Below, in pieces: positions 13,526-23,784 of a stretch of DNA of 64,000 bases; within the stretch, counting starts at the first letter, position 1; every line of letters begins with the position of its first letter. The stretch is taken from positions 71,474,098 to 71,538,097 of the forward strand of contig NC_092370.1 of NCBI RefSeq assembly GCF_030028105.1. The letters run 5' to 3'. A program made the position numbers and the translations under genes. Below the pieces are notes generated by a model. That model searched no databases. It saw nothing but the letters and a program-made list of their open reading frames with translations, and had not been told where the DNA came from. Source of the stretch: Mobula birostris (taxonomy: Eukaryota).

Positions 13526-15559
13526 ATTTCTATTTTAACTTCACAAACAGATCCATTAGCAGAGAAAGAAAAAAAGATGCACAAATTAGGAGAAAATAAC
13601 TGAGTCTATAAAACAAAACATAATTTCTGATACACAATGAACATTATTTTACAGAGTACAAGGTTCATCTACAGTAAGTGAACAGAATGGTGGCATGAAT
13701 TTCAAAACTAACAGTATTGCTTACTGAAAGTGCATCCGTGGTTCACCTTTCAGATTACTTTTATTTAGCACATTTACATTGAAACATACAGTAAAATATG
13801 TTGTTTGCGTTAACAACGAACACAGCATTGGGGCAGCCTGCAAGTGTTGCCTTGCCACACATTCCGGCAACAACATAGCATGCCCACAATACTTTGCAGA
13901 ACAACACAGAACACAACAAGCTGAACAACAATAGTCAAACAAGGCCCATTGTGTCCTTCACACCCATGCACATACACAGTCCTCCAACCTCAGGACAGGA
14001 AGTCTTCAGCCTCCAGAAGACTCATGGATTCAGACACTGGGGTTCAACTTCCCCAGTGGAGTGGTGAAAGATTCAGGGCTCCATCGATCCAGCCTCAACG
14101 TTTGAACTTCCGACTGACCTTCAGCGTCGACCCCAGAACTTACTGATAATAACAAAAGAGGACTCTGGATGACGACCCCAAACACTTGGCCTTGAACTCC
14201 GTGTTCCTCAATGGCGGGATCTTAAATATTAGGACTGAAACTATGGACTTACCAATGACGAGACCCTGAACACAAGGCTTCGAATTCCAGTTTTACCAAC
14301 TCGCATATCTTGGGGGTCACCAGACCTCATGCCTCCTACCTACACAGAACTCCATTTCCAGAGCCTACCAACAACTTGCTGACCTGGGGTGGGGGGAGGG
14401 GGAAGAGATGGCCACCAGCCCTTGCTAGTCTGCCGGCCCGACATCCAACCATGGACGTTCTTCATCCTATGTTCACATCACTGGCCTTCAAGCACAGAGC
14501 GGAGGCCTAGACTCTGGCCTAACCTCTAATTCTCCCATATCCCAGTCCCCAGATGCTACACTGACCCCTAACTCCCCACTGTCCGCAAGATCATCCTCAA
14601 GAATTAAAAGGCAGCTGTAAAATAACTCAGTCCGAGAAATGACCTCGAAGAAAGTTCTTAGGAAATCTGCAAGTTTTAAATCACATCGCAGTACCATTGT
14701 TCATATGTAAATTTCAACTTCTGTGGAGGGTCCTGTTCCTTCTCAGAAGCTGGATAAAGAATGTAAAAATTGTTATTTGTGGAAATATAAGAGTACTATA
14801 TTTTGGTAGTACTGTATTTTGAATATGGTGTTTTGTATGCAAGTACAGAGGGGCTGAGTCAGGTTGATAATATGATGTTTGAAAGAATTTGTCTGACAGT
14901 CATGAAAAATTTAAATTTTTTTTAAACTTGGCCTCAATTCAAGGAAAAGTGGCAGATGTTTGGCTGACCCACATCACCCACTCACATTTAACATCATGTG
15001 TGTGTGTCTGTTGCTGGCAGTCTAACAGAACAACACCTCGCTGTAATAGGTAATAACTATTGTAAAGGATTAATTTATAGACATAGGTCAACGCACATTT
15101 CTTCAGTACTATGTGATCCAAGATCGATTTTATCTGAAGTTAATCAGGTTACTGATACTTCTGGATGAAAATGCAACCTTGAACTGGCCAGATCCAGGCA
15201 GGAACGATACAATCAAGTCTGATTTTACACATGTATGAACAAAATGGATGTCCATTCTGTCTTCAAATGTTCTTCATACAAAGTCTGCTGGACCCATATT
15301 CCGATGGGTTGACTATACTGTATGTGCAATCATTTTCTCTTGCTCTTTCACGACTGCAGTCTCATTGTTTAATGTACTGTACCTCAGAGCATCATTACTG
15401 TGACCCCTGCCTCACTGATTATCCTGCACCTTGCATAAGCAAGAGGATATGCATGACACAAGCTCTCTATCAGGGTATTGGACCACAGTGGAGATGATAA
15501 ACAGTTATGTCGCCCCACCACCACCACCAAACAACTACACTCTCCCTCACCTCCAAAGT

Positions 15560-15709
15560 AATACACACAAAATGCTGGAGAAACTCAGCAGATCAGGCAG
15601 CATCTCTGGAGAGGAACAAGGAGCCGATGTTTCAGACCCAGACCCATCGTAAGTTCTTCCAGCAATTTGTGTGTGTTCCTCAGGATTTCCAGCATCTGCA
15701 GGACCTGTG
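15560..15709. mobile_element. Penelope-derived fold-back fragment next to the LTR element
   Basis: acacacaaaatgctggag ... ttccagcaatttgtgtgtg in inverted arrangement. Confidence 0.65.
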
Positions 15710-15714
15710 TTTAT

Positions 15715-15914
15715 TGTGGTGATATCATGCACAATGATGTGCCAGTTCATGATTAGACAGAGCACTGAGTATGTGCAGGATTGTCAGAATGTTCCAGCAC
15801 GTACCTGGGTTAAGACGTGTTTGTTTATTACTGTAAATAAAAGTTCTCTAATTCTTCCAGAATATGATTCTTTACTGTTAACTCACAGTATGCTTAAACA
15901 GAAGTAACATAACA
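15715..15914 (+). repeat. 5' LTR (200 bp)
   Basis: TGTGGTGATATC...CATAACA, contains AATAAA. About 90% identical to 17818-18015 by manual alignment. Confidence 0.95.
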
Positions 15915-15929
15915 TGCTGTCAGAAGTAG
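15915..15929 (+). other. Primer binding site, tRNA-Leu type
   Basis: TGCTGTCAGAAGTAG directly after the 5' LTR resembles TGGTGTCAGAAGTGG, the complement of the tRNA-Leu 3' end. Confidence 0.8.
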
Positions 15930-16010
15930 TTCTGGAAGAATAATACGGGAGAATCAAGAGTCAAAGATAATAGAAAAAAAAAGAAAAAAGTTTGAACTGT
16001 AAATGGTAAA

Positions 16011-16827
16011 ATGGAAGGATTACAACCCCCACCAAAACTTCAGCTGACTGGCAATGTAGCTGAGAATTGGAGGCTATTCAAGCAACAGTTTGAACTGTAC
16101 TTATCAGTGATTGATTATGAATAAAAATCGGAAAAACAAAGCTGCGCTTTTGCTCCATGTAATCCGGAATGACGCAGTAGAGGTATATAATAATTCTGTC
16201 TCTGAAGATGGAGATAATTTCAATTTAAAGTCGATAATGGACAGATTTGAAGTATTTTGTATACCTAAGCTTAATTTGACGTATGAGCGATATAAATTCT
16301 TCACATGTGCGAGAGAGCCGCTGAAACAATTGATCGGTAAGTTACCGAGTTATGAAAGCGGAGTAGAACACATGAGTTTGGATTGCTCACGGACTCTCTC
16401 ATTAAAGATAGACTTGTTTATGGCATTTGAGATAATGCTCTGAGAGAAAGGCTGTTGAGAGAGCAAGATTTAAATTTTGAAAAAGCTTTGGCACTTTGCA
16501 AAGCTTCTGAGACCGTGACGTTGCAGGCTGAAGAGCTTTTTGTCGAAAACTGCAATGTAAACACTGTAAAAAAAAAAGCGCGAATACATCAAGAAATATA
16601 ATAATACTTCGACAAAACCGACAGAGAGCAAGAAGGCAGTGGAAAGAAAAAAGTCTTTTGATCGCTGTGCGCAGGAACATCGTCCAAATCAGTGTCCTGC
16701 ATATGGCAAAATTTCCAATGGCTGCGGTAAGATTAATCGTTTTTCATGCTGTTGTAAAAGTAGAAAGAAGGAAAATAAAATGAAACAAGTAAATGCTGTG
16801 CTTGAAGATGAACATGAGGAATTTTAA
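16011..16827 (+). pseudogene. Disrupted gag
   Basis: MEGLQPPPKLQLTGNVAENWRLFKQQFELYL, LTYERYKFF, DNALRERLLRE and a degenerate double zinc knuckle (CAQEHRPNQCPAYGKISNGCGKINRF), broken by stops and frameshifts. Confidence 0.85.
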
Positions 16828-16833
16828 ATAGAT

Positions 16834-17532
16834 GTGCTTTGTGAAAATAAACAAAGTACGAATGACTGGACTATTCCATTGCAAGTGAATCAAAACAATA
16901 ATCTGTTTAAACTTGATACTGGAGCGCAAGTAAATGTTCTTGCAGAATCTGAGTTTAATGCTTTAAAGACTAGACCAAGGTTACATCAGACAAATATAAA
17001 AGTGACTGGGTATTCAGGTGCAGACATTCCAGTTAAAGGAACATGCGTAGCAAAGGTATCATACAAAAATATTGTGCATACGCTTTCATTTGTGGTCGTG
17101 CCAAAAAATGTACAGTCAATTCTGGATTTACCTTCCTGTGAAAGACTTAATTTGGTGAACACAGAGCTGAAGCGCCAGAATGTTGCATTACAGTCGGCAG
17201 AAGGTGATGTCGCTCGACTGCAGGTCCAGCTCATGGAGGCAAATGCTGACATGGAGAATATAAAAGCAGTAGCTGCAGTGTCTGAGACGACCAAACAGGA
17301 GGCAACTGATGATGTGAAAAAGCAATGGCAGGAGGAGATTGCTTCAATGCAAGCGATGATGAAAGAGACACTGAGAGAATATGAGATTCAGTTTCATCAC
17401 CATCTAGAGCAAGAACGCTCACAGTGGGCACAGTATAAGGAAGAAGTGAAATCACAAGTGAAAGAATTGAGAAGTATTATTGAAATGGTGAAGTCTCAGC
17501 ATAAAGAAAGAGATTACACAGTTAATGAATGA
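16834..17532 (+). CDS. Chimeric 232-aa ORF: retroviral-type aspartic protease fused to RABEP1-like and SH3KBP1-like coiled coils
   Basis: FKLDTGAQVNVL active site and ILDLPSCERLNLV protease end, then ELKRQNV...MENIKAVAAVSETTKQEA...LEQERSQWAQYKE, then EVKSQVKELRSIIEMVKSQHK. The frame is open, but expression is unknown. Confidence 0.7.
   Translation: MLCENKQSTNDWTIPLQVNQNNNLFKLDTGAQVNVLAESEFNALKTRPRLHQTNIKVTGYSGADIPVKGTCVAKVSYKNIVHTLSFVVVPKNVQSILDLPSCERLNLVNTELKRQNVALQSAEGDVARLQVQLMEANADMENIKAVAAVSETTKQEATDDVKKQWQEEIASMQAMMKETLREYEIQFHHHLEQERSQWAQYKEEVKSQVKELRSIIEMVKSQHKERDYTVNE
17164..17442 (+). pseudogene. RABEP1: Captured RABEP1 (Rabaptin-5)-like fragment, part 1
   Basis: Aligns without gaps to recalled human RABEP1 DLKRQNAVLQAAQDDLGHLRTQLWEAQAEMENIKAIATVSENTKQEAIDEVKRQWREEVASLQAVMKETVRDYEHQFHLRLEQERTQWAQYRE. 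Confidence 0.88.
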
Positions 17533-17570
17533 ATTAGATGAAGAAGATTCATATTTCATTACAAATGGAA
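17440..17570 (+). pseudogene. SH3KBP1: Captured SH3KBP1 (CIN85)-like C-terminal coiled-coil fragment
   Basis: EEVKSQVKELRSIIEMVKSQHK/KEITQLMNELDEE/IHISLQME (two frameshifts) versus recalled CIN85 [45 protein letters not shown]. Confidence 0.8.
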
Positions 17571-17621
17571 ATGGAACGTGGATTGACTGATCTAAGGAGA
17601 CATTTGTCTGAAGGACAAGAA
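17571..17621 (+). pseudogene. RABEP1: Captured RABEP1-like fragment, part 2
   Basis: MERGLTDLRRHLSEGQE versus recalled RABEP1 AEREIADLRRRLSEGQE, the direct continuation of part 1. Confidence 0.8.
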
Positions 17622-17730
17622 GACAAAGTGAGGATACAAGATAAAAGGAATATGTGAACACAGACCAGATCATACATGGTCCAAACAGAGGAGGGAGTGG
17701 TGTTAAGAAAGAACCGCCAAGGCTTTAAGA
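17619..17730 (+). pseudogene. Integrase C-terminal (GPY/F-like) remnant
   Basis: DKVRIQD and (T)RSYMVQTEEGVVLRKNRQ resemble the Mag-type GDxVRI...PRSYxV...RRNR motif. Confidence 0.7.
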
Positions 17731-17804
17731 AAGAGCCAACTTCAGAGTTTCAGTTATCTGATATAGATGTGTTTTGATTAACGTTGTTAATTGTTTTTCT
17801 TTTT

Positions 17805-17817
17805 AAGAAAAGGAAGA
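17805..17817 (+). other. Polypurine tract
   Basis: AAGAAAAGGAAGA immediately 5' of the 3' LTR. Confidence 0.85.
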
Positions 17818-18015
17818 TGTGGTGATATCATATGCAATAATGTGCCAGTACGATTGGACAGAGCACTGAGCATGCGCGGGATTGCCAGAATGTTCCAGCA
17901 GGTGGCTGCGTTAAGACGTGTTTGTTTATTACTGTAAATAAAAGTTCTCTAATTATTCCAGAATATGATTCTTTACTGTTAACCCACGGTACGTTTAAAC
18001 AGAAGTAACATAACA
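17818..18015 (+). repeat. 3' LTR (198 bp)
   Basis: Direct repeat of 15715-15914, preceded by the PPT and followed by the TSD. Confidence 0.95.
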
Positions 18016-18559
18016 TTTATGATTTGTTGTCCCTCTCTTCTATAGCAACCTTTAACGCAACTGGTCTGTGGCTACTTTGGAGATGGGTCCTTTAAGGTTT
18101 TACAGCCTTCCATGTACAAAACATGCTAGTCTGCAGCTTCCAGATATTCCCGTGTATCCCAAGGCTTTTGCTCCTTTCCAAATGGGCACAACAGCATCAC
18201 CTCAATGCCCTTACAATGAGTTTTGTCACTGCTCCGGGGGGGGAGGGGTGCAATGAATGCTAGCACCAGGCTATGACTTCTTATCTACTCTTAATGGTTA
18301 CAACCGAAAATCGAGGTATAGCTCCCTTCATTTTCTTTGTCTGTATGTCATCATTCCTGATCTCCCATCTTTGCACTAGCACAAACAATGAAAAAACACA
18401 AAGGGTTGGAATGAAAATGGAAAACAAAATGATATTCCAAAACAGAAACACGAGATATCAACCATCTGTTTGTTAAAATATTAAATTACAGGTATTGTTG
18501 TTTGGCCTCTTGTGCATTTTCACGCACAACAGTACCTAGAATTTACAGAGAATGTTGCG

Positions 18560-18805
18560 ATAAAACAAAAAAACATCCAGTAAATGGCAGTTCTGTGGGC
18601 AAAAACACCTTGTTAATGAGAGAGGTCGATGACAGGAACTGAAATCACCAAGCGTAACAACAGTGGTGTGTAGAAGAGTATCTCTGAACGCAGAACCCGT
18701 CGAACCTTGAAGTCGTCAGGCTACAGCAGCAGGAGACCACATGCATACACTCAGTGACAGCAATATTGAGTACAGGAAGTGTCTCATAACGTGGCAACTG
18801 AGTCT
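18560..18805. mobile_element. Tc1/mariner-like non-autonomous remnant
   Basis: tacactcagtg...gtggcaactgagt terminal motifs related to 27370-27555. Confidence 0.55.
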
Positions 18806-19194
18806 ATTTGTTTCATTACCTTGAGTCATAAAAGTTAAAAAGCTTGTGCCTGCCTACACATTTATTCCCAGATCAGAGCAATACATGCGCTAGAAAGTTA
18901 CATCAGTGCATTCTGAACTCTGCCTCCAAAATTCATACCTTTTTGACTATATGCTACTGTCCATTGAGAAGCAGATATAGCAAGTTTTTAATTTATTCAG
19001 TATTTTCATCTATTCCAAACAAGCTTGTTAGTGACCAAGTGTGACAATTTGGGCAAAGACCACCTTCCATCGTATGTCATCGTTTGTGACTAAGCACATT
19101 AACTGCAACTACATATTCACAAAGACCCAAAAAGACAGTACTGATTCTTTGCACTGAGGGCTTACCCAGTCCAGATACAACATGGTTGAGTTAT

Positions 19195-20348
19195 GCCACA
19201 ATAGGTCAATGGCAGACACAATCTCAATGGCTCTTCACATGGTCTTAGACCCATGTCAGGATGCAGTTCATCGACTATACCATCATCCCCACAATCCTGA
19301 TTGATAAGTTACAGACTTTGTACCACCCTCTGCAATTGGATTCTCGACGTCCTAACTGGAAGACCACAATCTGTGCGGATTGGTGATAATATCTCCTCCT
19401 CACTGACGATCAATACTGGAGCACCTCAGGGGTGTGTGCTTAGGCCACTGCTCTACTCTCTCTACGCCCATGACTGTGTGACTAGGCACAACTCAAATAC
19501 CATCTACAGATTTGCTGATGAATCAACCTTTGCTGGTAGAATCTCAGAGATGGAGACGAGAGGACATAGAGGAGCAAGATATGCCAACTAGTAGAGCGGT
19601 GTCACAGCAGCAACCTGGCACTCAATGCCAGTAAGACAAAAGAGCAGATTGTTGACTTCCGGGAGGGCAAGACGAAGGAACACATACCAATCCTCAAAGA
19701 GAGATCAGAAGTGGAGACAATGAGCAGTTTCAAGTTCCTGGGTCAAAATCTCTGAGGATCTAACCTGGTCCCAACATATCAATGCAGCTATAAAGAAGGC
19801 AAGACAGCGACAATGCTTCATTAGGAGTTTGAAGAGATTTGGTATGTCAACAAAAACACTCAAAAACATCTATAGATGTACTGTGGAGAGCATTTTGACA
19901 GGCTGCATCACTGTCTGGTATGGGGCTGCTACTGCAGAGGACTGAAGAAGCTACAGAGGGTCATAAATTTAGTTGGCTCCAACTTGGGTACTAGCCAATG
20001 AAGTACCCAGAACATCATCTCAGAAAGGTAGGACCCATTATTAAAGACCCCCAGCATCCAGGGCATACCCTTTGCTCATCAAGTAGGAGGTACAGAAGCC
20101 TGAAGGCACACACACAGCGATTCAGGAACAGCTTCTTCCCTTCTGCCATCCAATTCCTAAATGGACATTGAACCCATGAACACCACCTCACTTTTTTAAC
20201 ATATATTATTTCTGTTTTTGCACAAGTTTTAATCTATTCAATATATATATACTGTAATTGATTTACTTTTTCTTTTCTACATTGAACTGCTGCTGCTAAG
20301 TTAAATTTCACAACACTTGACGGTATTAATAAACTTGATTCTGATTCT
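19195..20348 (+). mobile_element. Rex1/Babar LINE 3' part
   Basis: [16 protein letters not shown] and FAD motifs, with a (GATTCT)n tail. Confidence 0.88.
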
Positions 20349-20793
20349 GCCAGAATGAGTCCATGCTGGCACACAGACCCCTGTTACAGAGCATAAGATC
20401 ACAAGTTCAAAGGGGTGCAATAACCACTCCTAATGCGAAGCCAATTTATCTTAAGAAAAAATTACTGCATCGTGAGCTTTGCTGCTACCTTATCCAAGTG
20501 ACATTTTAATGCCAGAATTCAGTCAGATAGTCAAGATGCAATGAGCATGTATCATGCTTCAGTATCTGACTGTTCACTGAAATCTGATGGTATTTAGATC
20601 CCTCCAGTAGTGCATTAGCCCAGCCCCAAAGGAGGTGGAGATAGAAAACCTTCCAAGCTAATGTTGGGCTGGGGATGTCACATATTACAGTCACTGGTCA
20701 ACTTGCAAACTCAAATGACTGTTTGTTTTCTTCCATGGATGCTGCCCGGCCTGCTGAGGTCCTCAAGCATATCATGTTTGTTGTTCAAGATTT

Positions 20794-21362
20794 AGGACCA
20801 TAAGACCATAAGATATAGGAGCAGAGGTAGGCCATTTGGCCCATCGACTCTGCTCCACCATTCAATCATGGGCTGATACAATTCTTCCAGTCATCCCCAC
20901 TCCCCTGCCTTTTCTCCATACCCTTTGAAGTCCTGGCTAATCAAGAACCTACCTATCCACAGATTTAACATCCTCTGACTAATGTAATTTCTCCGCATCT
21001 CTGTTCTAAATGGACACCCTTCAATCTTGAAGTTGTGCCCTCTTGTCCTAGACTCCCCTACCATGGGAAATAACTTTGCCATATCTAATCTGTCCCGGCC
21101 TTTTAACATTTGGAATATTTCTATGAGATCCCTCCTCATTTTCCAGAAGTCCAGGGAATACAGCCCAAGAGCTGCCAGACGTTCCTCATATGGTAACCCT
21201 TTCATTCCTGCAATCATTCTTGTGAATCTCCTCTGAACCCTCTCCAAGTCAGTATATCCTTCCTAAAATAAGGAACCCAAAACTACACACGATACTCTAA
21301 GTGTTGTCTCACGAGTGTGTTATAGAGCCTCAACATCACATCCCTGCTCTTATATCCTATAC
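20794..21362 (-). mobile_element. CR1 3' fragment inserted in a Penelope-derived repeat
   Basis: ERVQRRFTRMI...LGLYSL motifs and an (accataag)n tail. The flanks rejoin as a Penelope-type end. Confidence 0.88.
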
Positions 21363-21549
21363 CTCCAGCATCTGCAGTCTCTCGTGTGTCACGGAGGGAG
21401 TGAAGCTCAGCTCCACTCCAAGCAAAGTTTGATATGCAAGTAGTATGTTGTCAAGTTTGAGATAAGCTAGTAGTTGAATGGAAATAGTCCTCAACTGAAA
21501 AAAAAGTATTTATTTTAATTTTAGACCATAAGAAACAAGAGCAGAAAGA

Positions 21550-22550
21550 TGGGCCAGTCTCCAGGGCTGAACGGGATATACCCCAAGTTGCTACAGGAAG
21601 CGGAGGAAGAAATTACTATGCCATTAAAGATGATCTTTGTGTCCTAACTAGCAACAGCAGTAGTGCCAGAAGATTGGAGGATGGCAAATGTTATTCCTTT
21701 GTTTAAGAAAGGTAAAAGGCATAACCCTGGGAATTATAGACCAGTGAGACTTCCATTAGTGGTGAGAAACAATGGGAGAGGATTCTTAAGAGACAGGATT
21801 TCAAGCACTTGAAGAAGCATCGTTTGATTAGGGATAGTCAGCATGGTTTTGTGAGGGGCAGGTCGTGCCTCACAAGCCTGATTGACATATTTGAGAAAGT
21901 GATAAATATTGATGAAGGCAGAGCTGTGGGTGTAGGGTAGTGCACAAGGGATAAGGAAGTTTGGCCTTTGAAGAACAATTAAATAAACTGAGCCTACACT
22001 CACTGGTATTTAGATAAAGAAGTGGTCTTATTAAGACAGAGGACTGGAGTCACAGAAAACTGCAGCACAGACACAGGCCCTTTGGCTCATCTAGTCAATA
22101 CTGAACCATTTAAAGTGCCTAGTCCCAATGAGCTACACCTGGACCAGAGTCCTCCATACCCATCCCATCAATTTACCTATCCAAACTTCTGTTAAACATT
22201 GAAATTGAAATCGCATCCACTACCTGCACTGGCAACTTGTTACACACTCACACCACTCTGAGAGTGAAGAAGCTTTCCCTCATGTTCCTTTAAACATTTT
22301 ACCTTTCACCCTTAACCCATGACCTCAAGTTGTAGTTTCACCCACCCTCAATGGAAAAAGCCTGCTGCATTTACCCTATTTATACCTTTCATAATTTTGT
22401 ACACCTCCATCAAATCTCCCCTTAATCTTCTATGTTCTGGGTAATAAAGTTCTAATTTATTCAATCTTTCCTTATAATTCAGGTCTTCCAGACCTGGTAA
22501 CATCCTTATAAATTGTCTCTATAATCTTTCAATCTTATTTACATCTTTCC
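21550..22550. mobile_element. CR1 fragments (+ strand RT 21550-21930; minus-strand 3' end 22040-22550)
   Basis: PGNYRPV and SQHGFVRGRSCLT on the plus strand; reversed 3'UTR downstream. Confidence 0.75.
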
Positions 22551-22604
22551 AAGGGAAATTGGCAAAATGGATGCCAGGAAGACCTTTAATCTGTCTGGAC
22601 AGTA

Positions 22605-23110
22605 AAAATTAGCTTTATTGAGACACGTGTAATGAAACACACAGCAAAATGTGTTGTTTGTATCAAATCAAATCAGGAAAAATATCTATAGGAAGAGATA
22701 CAGTCGACATTTCAGGCCGAGACCCTTCGTCAGGACTGACGAAGGGTCTCAGCCTGAAATGACGACTGTACCTCTTCCTATAGATGCTGCCTGGCCTGCT
22801 GCGTTCATCAGCAACTTTTATGTGTGTCGCTTGAAATTCCAGCATCTGCAGATTTCCTCGTGTTTGCATCAGGAATATTATGCTGGGGGAAGCCCAGAAG
22901 GGTTGCTACATTTCCAGTGTCAACATAGCATACTCATTAACCTTAACCCATCTGTCTTTGGAATGTGGGAAGAAACCAGAGCCTGGGAAGCAACCCATGT
23001 GGTCACAAGGAGAATGTACAAACTCCTTACAGACAGTGTTAGAAATTGAGCCCCAACTGTTGATCACTGGCGGGCACCGTAAAGAGTTGCGCTAACCGCT
23101 ACAATGCCAG
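22605..23110 (-). mobile_element. V-SINE-like element interrupted by a Penelope insert
   Basis: tgtgggaagaaaccagag...gtacaaactccttacagac core in reverse orientation. Confidence 0.7.
22680..22867. mobile_element. Penelope-derived fold-back insertion with hammerhead motifs on both strands
   Basis: Near-perfect inverted repeat 22684-22785; probable TSD ATCAGGAA; inserted in a SINE. Confidence 0.78.
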
Positions 23111-23784
23111 GACCGGCTGAGGGATCAGCCATTTAGAGCTGAGATAAGGAGAGTCTAATTTTACGTTGATGGCTGTAATTCTTCAGAATTCCACACCTTA
23201 GGGTGTATATTCAAGGCCAAGATTGCTATTTGGACATTGAGTGAATGAGGTGATATGGGGAACAAGCTTCAAAAGGTGGAACATCAGCCATGACTCAAAA
23301 AGGCCTCGCATCCTGCACCTGCTGCTATTGCTTATGTTGTTGATCTGAAGGTGAATTCAGATTCTGAAGTAACCTGCTGTTCTGTTTTCTCCAAGCACTT
23401 ATGTTCCCACCCACTTGTGCCCTGGGGCATCTGCTACACAGCAGCAGCTTGATGACATCAATAAGCTATGCAGGGAAGCTCCTGGATATTTTAACAAGTA
23501 GGCTTGTGTATCATGCTCTATCATCTGCTGCACTAAGGTCAAAGCACTTGTCTTCAGATAAATTTGGAAACCGTTCTTGATGAGTATGGTTAGTGCAAAT
23601 AGTAGATCGCATGTGCTTCTACTTGTGGTAGACAGCTTGATTGACATTAAAAATGCCTTCCATCTCTGATGTTGCACTTTAGCTCATGTAAACCCACAGA
23701 CAGCAGTGACAGCAGATGGTTACTGGAGGCAGTGCTGCCAGGATTCATCCCTGGTACTATATACCGACAGCATTACCTAATCAC

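Larger units (their letters stand above)
15715..18015 (+). mobile_element. Non-autonomous Gypsy (Mag-like) LTR retrotransposon carrying captured host sequence
   Basis: Two TG...CA LTRs, 5-bp TSD TTTAT (15710-15714 and 18016-18020), PBS, PPT, gag, protease and an integrase C-terminal remnant. RT, RNaseH and the integrase core are absent. Confidence 0.95.

Noticed and set aside
17164-17621. Genuine RABEP1 locus exons
   Set aside because: Partial, intronless, interrupted by foreign sequence and enclosed by LTRs with a TSD.
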